Under the pieces are notes generated by a model that was not told the DNA's origin, did no database searches, and saw only the letters and a program-made list of their open reading frames with translations. A DNA stretch of 64,000 nt from a candidate division FCPU426 bacterium (GTDB taxonomy: Bacteria > Oederibacteriota > JAAXVQ01 > JAUVAV01). Location: NCBI GenBank assembly GCA_040756875.1, contig JBFLYH010000003.1, forward strand, positions 256,001 through 320,000. Reading direction: 5' to 3'. A program made the position numbers and the translations under genes. Positions 57,089 to 64,000 of this stretch are shown piece by piece (position 1 is the stretch's first letter; each line of letters starts with the position of its first letter).

Positions 57089-58729
57089 ATGCAACCGGAC
57101 AACTGGCGGACTTGGCTGAGTCTCGGCCTGGCTTTCATCCTGGCAAGTTTTCTCGTTTATTTCCCGGCCCTCAACCTGCCTTTGCTGGCTGATGATTATC
57201 TTTTTTGCCATCCGTTGTTGTTGCATCAGCAGTTGAGCGCTTGGGGCAGTTCCTCCCTGGGCGGCAAGGGCGTCTTTTTCAGGCCCTTGGTGATCCTAAG
57301 CTATTATATGGATGTCTCACTCTGGCCCCTTAACAGCCTGGGTTACCATGCCGTTAATCTCACGTTGCATGGTTTGAACGCCTTTCTGGTCGTGCGGCTG
57401 GCCTATTTATGGCAGCAATGGTTTCCCTTTTCAAGCAAACCGTTTGGGACGGCCCTGCTCTCCGGGATTCTTTTCCTGGTCCTGCCCAGCCATACCGAAA
57501 CCGTTGCCTGGGTGTCTGGGAGGACCGATCTTCTGTCCACGTGCTTCGGCCTTTTGGCCCTGTTTTTTGGCAGCCTGTTTTTATCCAACGGCCGGTACCG
57601 CACTTTGGCATTCAGCCTTGCCGCCGTGAGCGCGGCGCTGTTCTCCAAGGAAAACGCCTTGGTGCTGACGCCGGTGCTCTTGATCACGGGCTTGATCGGG
57701 TTGAAGTCCGCGGCTGTTCCGCCTATCCGGGTCCGACAGGTAACCAGATTGGCCGGATGGTGGGCCTTGTTTTCCGCGGCTTATCTGATCGCACGTTTCA
57801 GCGTCTTGCGCCAATGGATCGGCGGTTATGGCCCGAAAATGCACTTATCACTGACTTGGGATTCACTGTTCAACCTGGGAGTGCAGATTCCCCGGATGCT
57901 GCTCCCCGCCTTGCCGCCGGCTTGGATGGCTTTCGTTTCACCGGAGTGGGCAATCACCGTTTTTTGGATCACCCTCGCGGCCGCCGTGCTGTCAATCTCT
58001 AGGCAGGTCAAACTCCAACCGTCGGTTTGGCTGTGGCCGGCCGGACTGGCGGCCTCGATGCTCTGCGCGCTCCTGCCCACCCTGAATATGTCAGTCCGCT
58101 TTTTCGTCATCGAAGGCGAGCGGCTTCTCTACCTGCCTTCGGTTTTTGCCTGCATGCTGTTGATCCGCCTGGTACGGCCTTTCACCCGCTCGTGGCGGAC
58201 AGTTGTGGCCATGGGATTGTTGGGGCTGTCCTTCGTCGGGTTGCAATGGAACAATTCCCGGTGGGTTCAAGCCGGCCGTTTGTTCAAGACCTTGCTGGCC
58301 GAGGTGTCCGTCCAAACCACACGGCCGCGGTTGTTGATCCTGAACTTGCCGGCCGCGTATGGCGGAGCGCACATGTTCATTACTGGATTCGACATCGCCC
58401 TGAGGATGCACGCCTTGGTGAAAAAAGACCTGGCCGCGTTCCAGCGCATCAACCAGTTGCAGGAAATCCGGGTGTTTTCCCTGCACGATGTTTTCTCCAC
58501 CGATGACGCGCTCCGGATGGATTTTACCCGCCGATCCGCCGACATGGCCCTGCTGGCGCCCGGCGCTTGTTTCCGTCTGCTGCCTCGGGAACGGACTTCC
58601 GAAGGAATTGCCATTGTCCGGCAGGATTTTCTCGCCATTTCGTTCGCTTATCCGAACGGATTGCCTGAGGATGCCGTTGTGCTTTACTATGACCGCGGCC
58701 ATCTGCAGCCGCTTGAAGCCTTGCCATGA
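57089..58729 (+). CDS. GT-C fold membrane glycosyltransferase (TMTC/PMT-like)
   Basis: LADD after the first TM, FFRPL, YHAVNLTLH, HTETVAWVSGRTDLL, SKE, ERLLYLPS. Confidence 0.8.
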   Translation: MQPDNWRTWLSLGLAFILASFLVYFPALNLPLLADDYLFCHPLLLHQQLSAWGSSSLGGKGVFFRPLVILSYYMDVSLWPLNSLGYHAVNLTLHGLNAFLVVRLAYLWQQWFPFSSKPFGTALLSGILFLVLPSHTETVAWVSGRTDLLSTCFGLLALFFGSLFLSNGRYRTLAFSLAAVSAALFSKENALVLTPVLLITGLIGLKSAAVPPIRVRQVTRLAGWWALFSAAYLIARFSVLRQWIGGYGPKMHLSLTWDSLFNLGVQIPRMLLPALPPAWMAFVSPEWAITVFWITLAAAVLSISRQVKLQPSVWLWPAGLAASMLCALLPTLNMSVRFFVIEGERLLYLPSVFACMLLIRLVRPFTRSWRTVVAMGLLGLSFVGLQWNNSRWVQAGRLFKTLLAEVSVQTTRPRLLILNLPAAYGGAHMFITGFDIALRMHALVKKDLAAFQRINQLQEIRVFSLHDVFSTDDALRMDFTRRSADMALLAPGACFRLLPRERTSEGIAIVRQDFLAISFAYPNGLPEDAVVLYYDRGHLQPLEALP

Positions 58730-58794
58730 ACTTCCATTTCGGAAGACACTGCCCAAGGGAAGATCATTTCCCGGAAAAAATAAACAGGGAGGGT

Positions 58795-59730
58795 TTACCA
58801 GCGTCTCGTGATTTTATTCCATCCCGCGTGTAATCGTTCCCGCCAACCCAAGCTGGCAGGCGGCCTCTTTTCCAAAGACTCCCGCTGCCACTGCCAGCAT
58901 TTTTTCAGGAAGGCAAACAGCATCTCCGTGGTCTCCGCCGGACCCAGCCCGAGCATGGTGGCTGCCTGCCTTAAAATCTTCTCCCCTTCCAGCCATTCCA
59001 GGGTGCCGTTGGTTTTCAACCGGGCGTTGGACGTGTTGATCCGCCAGTAGTTCAGGCTTTGGCTGCAAAAGGCCACGTCGTTTTTTTCCAGCAGCCTGAC
59101 CCAAAGCATCCAATCCCCGCAGAGTTGAAAATCTGTATTCAGAGGGCCGAGCGCCTCCAGCGCGCTTTTCCGGATCAACACGGCCGAGGCATTGGGAATG
59201 GTGTTGCGGTTGGTGAGATAATTCCGGATTTCGTCCATGCCGGAATTGACGAAGTCTCTTTGCCACCGGCCGGGCGCAAAATCCTCGGTCCAGCCGACGG
59301 CATTGCCGATCACGGCCCCGTCCTGGTTCACGATGGCAGACTGGCAGTAGGCCAGCCCGGCGCGGGGATGCTTTTCCAGCAACGCGACCAGCGTTTCCAG
59401 CAAACGCGGATCCGCCCAATCGTCGGACTCGGCCATCCAGATGTATCGGCCCTGAGACAGGGCAAACCCTTTGGCCCATTGCTTGAAGACCGATCCGGAA
59501 TTCGTCTGGTTTTGGACAAACCGGATTTTGGGGTGCGGAAGGTATTTCTTGATTACCAACGGGCTTTCATCCGTGGAAGCATCGTCCAGAATGATCAATT
59601 CGAAATCTTGAAGGGTCTGTTCCAGGATCGAATCCAGACGGCGGCCCAGGTAGCGCGCGTGGTTGTAGGAGGGCACCACCACCGACACCACAGGCGCTTT
59701 CCCCGGCGTTTGGTTTGGGTTGATGTTCAC
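58795..59730 (-). CDS. Glycosyltransferase family 2
   Basis: VSVVVPSYNH, LDDASTD, WMAESDD, CGDW. Confidence 0.92.
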   Translation of the reverse strand: MNINPNQTPGKAPVVSVVVPSYNHARYLGRRLDSILEQTLQDFELIILDDASTDESPLVIKKYLPHPKIRFVQNQTNSGSVFKQWAKGFALSQGRYIWMAESDDWADPRLLETLVALLEKHPRAGLAYCQSAIVNQDGAVIGNAVGWTEDFAPGRWQRDFVNSGMDEIRNYLTNRNTIPNASAVLIRKSALEALGPLNTDFQLCGDWMLWVRLLEKNDVAFCSQSLNYWRINTSNARLKTNGTLEWLEGEKILRQAATMLGLGPAETTEMLFAFLKKCWQWQRESLEKRPPASLGWRERLHAGWNKITRRW

Positions 59731-59758
59731 TGCCCCGGGCTCCTGTCTGGGGATGATC

Positions 59759-59798
59759 GAAATAAAAAACCCGCCCTGGAGGGCGGGTTTTTTATTTC
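59759..59798 (-). terminator. tRNA-Gln intrinsic terminator
   Basis: GAAATAAAAAACCCGCCC-tgga-GGGCGGGTTTTTTATTTC. Confidence 0.85.
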
Positions 59799-59874
59799 TG
59801 GCTGCCGACCCAGGGCTCGAACCTGGAACCCCCTGATCCAGAGTCAGGTGCTCTGCCAGTTGAGCTAGTCGGCA
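59799..59874 (-). tRNA. tRNA-Gln (CTG)
   Basis: TGCCGACTAGCTCAACTGGCAGAGCACCTGA-CTCTGGA-TCAGGGGGTTCCAGG-TTCGAGC-CCTGGGTCGGCAGCCA, 76 nt. Confidence 0.95.
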
Positions 59875-59897
59875 AACTCAAACCGCGGGTTTTGGAC

Positions 59898-61370
59898 TTA
59901 TACGGTGATGCCAACGGACTTAAGGCCCGCGGCCAGGCGCTTGAGCACCCGCTCCCGGCCCAGCAATTCCATTACCAGCAAAATCTGGGGAGAATGCTTC
60001 CGCCCAGTCAGCGCCGCCCGCAAGGGATGCACCAAATCGCCGAATTTCACCCCGGCTTGGGCCACCAAATCACGCAGCAACGCTTCCAGGCCGGGCGAGG
60101 TGAAGGATTCTAGCACGCTGATTTGGCGGTGTAAAGTTTGAAATAATTCAGGCTTGAACTGGGCCTGATCCAGATGGTCCTGGGCCTGGGTTTCCATTTC
60201 CACCTCGTCCCCGAAGAAAAAACGGACTTGGGCCGGCAGGTCGGAAAGCAGCTTCACCTGCTCCTTGACCGCCATGGCCACCCGGCCCGCCCAGGCGCGC
60301 TCGGTTTCCGACGCCGAGGACGGCAGCAACCCGGACTGCACAAGCACGGGCAAGGCGCGTTCCAGGTATTCCGCTTCGCCCTGGTTGCGGATATATACGC
60401 CGTTCATCCATTGCAGCTTGGCCGGGTCGAAGACCGCCGGGTTTTTACTGACTTTGCGCAGGCTGAATTTTTCGATCAGCTCCTGCCGGGAAAAAATCGT
60501 GGTTTTGTCGTCGAACGACCATCCCAGCAGGGCCAGGTAGTTGATAAGCGCTTCAGGCAGGTACCCGGCTTCGGCGTAGGCGCCGACCGAGGTCGCGCCA
60601 TGGCGTTTGGACAGGCGAGTGCGGTCCGGACCCAGGATCATGGGCACGTGCGCAAATTGCGGAAGAGGCTGGCTCAGCGCCTGGTAGAGGCAGATCTGCC
60701 TTGGCGTATTCGACAGGTGGTCGTCGCCGCGGATCACATGGCTGATCCGCATCGCGGCGTCGTCTACGACCGCGGCGAAATTGTAGGTCGGCAGGCCGTT
60801 GCTTCGCACCAGCACGAAGTCGTCCAGTTCCCGGTTGTCGAAAGAAACGTTCCCTCGGATCAGGTCTTCAATCACGGTCTTTCCGCCCATGGGAATCTTC
60901 AGACGGATGACATGCGCCTCCCCGGCCCCGATCCGGGCATGGGCCTCGGACAGGGAAAGCCTACGGCAGGTGCCGTCGTATTTAACCGGCGCGCCCAGTT
61001 CCAAAGCCTGTTGGCGCTTGGCTTCAAGGGTCTCCGAGGAACAAAAGCAGGGATAGGCATGGCCGGTCTCGATAAGCTGGGCCAGCTGCAGACGGTAGTA
61101 TTCCTGGCGTTCAAGCTGGCGGTAAGGGCCGTAGGCCCCTCCTTTTTCCGGCCCTTCGTCCCAATCCAGGCCCAGCCACTTCAGATCCGCAAGAATCATC
61201 TGCACTGATTCTTCAGTGCTGCGCTCGGCGTCCGTGTCTTCCAGGCGCAGGACGAACACCCCACTGTTTTGCCGGGCAAAAAGATAATTGAACAACGCTG
61301 TGCGCGCCCCGCCGATGTGCAGGTGGCCGGTGGGCGAGGGGGCGAAACGGACACGAACTCCAGCCGACAT
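59898..61370 (-). CDS. gltX: Glutamate--tRNA ligase
   Basis: VRFAPSPTGHLHIGG, RLEDTD, HVIRGDDH, LSKRHGA. Confidence 0.97.
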   Translation of the reverse strand: MSAGVRVRFAPSPTGHLHIGGARTALFNYLFARQNSGVFVLRLEDTDAERSTEESVQMILADLKWLGLDWDEGPEKGGAYGPYRQLERQEYYRLQLAQLIETGHAYPCFCSSETLEAKRQQALELGAPVKYDGTCRRLSLSEAHARIGAGEAHVIRLKIPMGGKTVIEDLIRGNVSFDNRELDDFVLVRSNGLPTYNFAAVVDDAAMRISHVIRGDDHLSNTPRQICLYQALSQPLPQFAHVPMILGPDRTRLSKRHGATSVGAYAEAGYLPEALINYLALLGWSFDDKTTIFSRQELIEKFSLRKVSKNPAVFDPAKLQWMNGVYIRNQGEAEYLERALPVLVQSGLLPSSASETERAWAGRVAMAVKEQVKLLSDLPAQVRFFFGDEVEMETQAQDHLDQAQFKPELFQTLHRQISVLESFTSPGLEALLRDLVAQAGVKFGDLVHPLRAALTGRKHSPQILLVMELLGRERVLKRLAAGLKSVGITV

Positions 61371-61458
61371 TTTATTCCTCCACAGGTTCCGGCCCGGGCT
61401 TGGCAAGCCGGCCGGTCGTTAAATGCTTCGGAAGTTGGCCCTCAGAAGGGGGAAGGGG

Positions 61459-61848
61459 TTATTTGCGGGCGCGCAGGGGATCAAACTTGAGTTCGGGTTC
61501 GAACTTTTCGACACCCATGTCGCAATTGCCTTTGAAAATGACGCCGTCGGCGATGGCCACGCGCGGGGAGTGAATGTCCCCCTGCAGCTGCCCGGTCGGC
61601 ATGATTTCGATCCGCTTGGAGGCAAAAACATTGCCCGAGACTTTTCCGGAAATCAGCACGGTCTTGGCCGTCAAATTGCCCTTGACGACCCCTTTTTCCC
61701 CGATGATCAGGCTTTCTTCGCTAGCCACATTGCCTTCGATTTTGCCGTCGATGCGAACAGTGCCCTTGGCATTGATCTGTCCCTTGATTTCGGAGCCGGC
61801 GCCTAAAATAGTATCTACACCCTTGGCGTTTTGGATCTCGTCGCTCAT
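61459..61848 (-). CDS. Bactofilin (polymer-forming cytoskeletal protein)
   Basis: TILGAGSEIKG...RIDGKIEG...GVIFKGNC beta-helix pattern. Confidence 0.92.
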   Translation of the reverse strand: MSDEIQNAKGVDTILGAGSEIKGQINAKGTVRIDGKIEGNVASEESLIIGEKGVVKGNLTAKTVLISGKVSGNVFASKRIEIMPTGQLQGDIHSPRVAIADGVIFKGNCDMGVEKFEPELKFDPLRARK

Positions 61849-61861
61849 GCCTTGTCTCCGC

Positions 61862-62770
61862 TTAGTCTTTCAGGTATTTTACGGGATCGACTGGAATGCC
61901 GTTGAGGCGTATTTCGAAGTGCAGGTGCGGAGCAGTGGAACGTCCGGTATTGCCTAAAAAGCCGATCACCTGGCCACGGCGGACCCGCTGGCCGGCATTG
62001 ACCAGCTGCCGGCTCAAATGCCCGTAGCGGGTGGAAAACCCGTAACCATGGTCGAGGATCGCCAGTTTGCCGTAGCCGCCTTCCCAACCCGAGTACGTGA
62101 CCACGCCGTCAGCCGGCGCTTTGATGGAGGTTCCCTCTTCATTGGCAATGTCGATTCCCTGGTGGAACAGTGTTCCGTCCTGGAATGGCGACTGGCGCAT
62201 TCCAAAACGGGAGGTGATCCAACCGCGGACCGGCCAGGAGGTGGGACGGGAGGCCATGACCGAACGCTGGGTGGCGATGTATTTCTTCATTTCCTGGTAG
62301 GTTTCCAGGCGCTCTTCGGCGTCCTTTTTAAGGAAGTTGAGGCTTTGGTTGAATTCTTTCTGGGTCAGGCTGGCCTTTTGATTCAACGTCCGCATCAGGT
62401 TGAGCTGATCGGCCATGGTCGGTCCGCCTTCACCTGTATATTTAAAAAGTTCGTTTTTGCTTTGCATTTTCAGCATGGCACGGAGTTCGTTTTCCATCTT
62501 GGCCACCCGCTGAAAAGCTTCGTGGGTATTGGCCAATTCCTGTGCGAAAAATGCGTTTTTCTCGGCCAGTTGGACATTGGCGCGTTTGGTCAGCTGATAA
62601 TCCAGATGGCGGGTAAGAACGTATGAGGAAGAACCTACCAGGCCAATAATTGCCAATCCCAGAATCAGCATCAAGGAGTGTGATATCCGCATCGAAAATA
62701 CGTTGCTTTCATCGTGCGGTACCAGCATGAGGGTGAAGTAACGTTTTTGTTTGCCGGGTTTCTTTGCCAT
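61862..62770 (-). CDS. M23 family peptidoglycan endopeptidase
   Basis: N-terminal TM plus coiled coil, HQGID, TRYGHL, GRSTAPHLHFE. Confidence 0.93.
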   Translation of the reverse strand: MAKKPGKQKRYFTLMLVPHDESNVFSMRISHSLMLILGLAIIGLVGSSSYVLTRHLDYQLTKRANVQLAEKNAFFAQELANTHEAFQRVAKMENELRAMLKMQSKNELFKYTGEGGPTMADQLNLMRTLNQKASLTQKEFNQSLNFLKKDAEERLETYQEMKKYIATQRSVMASRPTSWPVRGWITSRFGMRQSPFQDGTLFHQGIDIANEEGTSIKAPADGVVTYSGWEGGYGKLAILDHGYGFSTRYGHLSRQLVNAGQRVRRGQVIGFLGNTGRSTAPHLHFEIRLNGIPVDPVKYLKD

Positions 62771-62911
62771 TGTTTCACCTAAAGAAAGTCTCGGTCTAGA
62801 GCCGCAAATCTTAATATACCAATTTTAGCAAAATCCGTCAACTATTTTGTCAGTATTTTTGTTTTGTGTCAGAATAATTTTCACTGGACGCTCATGATAG
62901 GCGAAAAACGC

Positions 62912-63781
62912 TTATCCCAAAAGGGCCAATATACGGTCCAGATCTTCCAAGGAATAATATTCAATTTCAATACGCCCTTTATGAGCGTTGCGAGGAACGA
63001 CTTTGACCTGCGTTCCCAATTTTCGGCGCAATTCCTCTTCCAAATGACGGGTATGCGGGTCTTTAATTTCCATACGCTTGGCGCTTTTACCTTTGCCAGG
63101 CCGGACTGGTTTCAACCCCTGCGCCAATTGCTCGGCTTCCCGCACGGAGAGGTTGTCACGGACGATTTTTTCCGCCAGCCTTTGTCTGACGTCCTCCTCG
63201 CCCACGGCCAGCAATGCCCGGCCATGGCCTTCGCTGAGCGAGCCTTTGCGCATCATATCCAAAATCGGTTCGGACAACTGCAGCAGGCGGAGGGTGTTGG
63301 CCACCGAGGACCGGTCTTTGCCTATTTTCTTGGCCAATTCCTCCTGCGTCAGTTCAAACTGGGTCAGCAGCTGGTTAAAGGCCACGGCTTCTTCCACCGG
63401 ATTCAGGTCTTCCCGCTGGATGTTTTCCACCAGGGCCAATTCCAGGCTCTCGGTGTCGCTGAGGTCCCGAATGACCACCGGCACCTGGGCCAGACCGGCC
63501 AATTTGGCGGCCCGCAAACGGCGTTCGCCGGCCACCAGTTCATAGGCCCCTTCGCCGCGCGGGCGAACCAGGATCGGTTGTACGATGCCGTTTTCCCGAA
63601 TGGAAGCCGCCAGTTCCTCCAACTCGTGGGGAACGAAATCCTGGCGGGGTTGATGGGGATTGGGAACGATACGATCGATGGAAACTTCGGTCGGCGTCGA
63701 AACAGCGGCCGCTGTCCCGTCCACGTCGCCGGGAACGGGAATCAACGCTTCAAGCCCTTTTCCCAATGCCTGTCTGCTCAT
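62912..63781 (-). CDS. parB: Chromosome partitioning protein ParB/Spo0J
   Basis: LGKGLEALI, NPHQPR, LVAGERRLRA, ENIQREDLN, HTH KDRSSVANTLRLL. Confidence 0.96.
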   Translation of the reverse strand: MSRQALGKGLEALIPVPGDVDGTAAAVSTPTEVSIDRIVPNPHQPRQDFVPHELEELAASIRENGIVQPILVRPRGEGAYELVAGERRLRAAKLAGLAQVPVVIRDLSDTESLELALVENIQREDLNPVEEAVAFNQLLTQFELTQEELAKKIGKDRSSVANTLRLLQLSEPILDMMRKGSLSEGHGRALLAVGEEDVRQRLAEKIVRDNLSVREAEQLAQGLKPVRPGKGKSAKRMEIKDPHTRHLEEELRRKLGTQVKVVPRNAHKGRIEIEYYSLEDLDRILALLG

Positions 63782-63831
63782 ATGGCCAACGCCCCTTTGT
63801 CAAAAATGTTCGTCGGAGTGTCGAAAATCGC

Positions 63832-64000
63832 CTAGACTTCCGCCCGCTGGACTTCGCCCGAAGCGGCGACCGTTTCGTTGCGTGCGACGAGTTCCTCGGC
63901 CAGGCGCACATAGGCCAAGGCTCCGGGACAGCGGCTGTCGTATTGCATGATCGGTTTGCCGAAGCTCGGGGCTTCCGACAACTTGACATTGCGCGGGATA
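63832..64000 (-). CDS. parA: ParA/Soj ATPase, C-terminal part (5' end outside window)
   Basis: Translated by hand: [38 protein letters not shown], immediately upstream of parB. Confidence 0.93.
   Translation of the reverse strand, partial: IPRNVKLSEAPSFGKPIMQYDSRCPGALAYVRLAEELVARNETVAASGEVQRAEV

Noticed and set aside
62771..62786. parS site (TGTTTCACCTAAAGAA)
   Set aside because: Only one half matches TGTTTCACGTGAAACA, and it coincides with the M23 gene RBS.
59898..64000. parA-parB-M23-bactofilin-gltX cluster as a novelty
   Set aside because: M23-bactofilin pairing and linkage to parAB are well-known housekeeping arrangements.

Overview
Chromosomal window from a fairly GC-rich, probably diderm bacterium (it encodes lipoproteins and a C-terminal-Phe beta-barrel candidate). 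The right end holds housekeeping genes on the minus strand: parA (partial), parB, an M23 peptidase, a bactofilin, gltX and tRNA-Gln(CTG). Between tRNA-Gln (59.8 kb) and tRNA-Glu(CTC) (35.4 kb) is a ~24 kb ABC-transporter (Wzm/Wzt) surface-glycan locus. It encodes a ~1700-aa protein with two methyltransferase domains, a coiled coil, a WbsX-like domain and a GT4 domain; two tandem AlgI(MBOAT)/AlgJ-like O-acylation pairs, whose MBOAT genes share an apparently identical 844-bp tract; several glycosyltransferases; and two B12-dependent radical SAM enzymes. A candidate structured RNA lies just upstream of the locus. Downstream of tRNA-Glu is a decayed AT-rich islet (32.9-35.4 kb) with an att-like scar, gene fragments and four-helix-bundle genes, and 71-bp direct repeats bracket the tRNA. 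The left half holds accessory genes: a CDF transporter, ABC exporters, MarC, a pseudouridine synthase, an AmmeMemoRadiSam radical SAM with a lipoprotein-like signal peptide divergent from a membrane spermidine-synthase-like gene, GH130, a histidine kinase and MerR. It also has a lower-GC islet (3.2-6.4 kb) with two tandem controller-like HTH genes behind a palindromic operator, an orphan PD-(D/E)XK nuclease-like gene and two tandem ORF6N genes. Several REP-like palindrome families are scattered through the window. I found no CRISPR array, rRNA, transposase, integrase or reverse transcriptase. All calls come from reading motifs by eye; no database searches were run.
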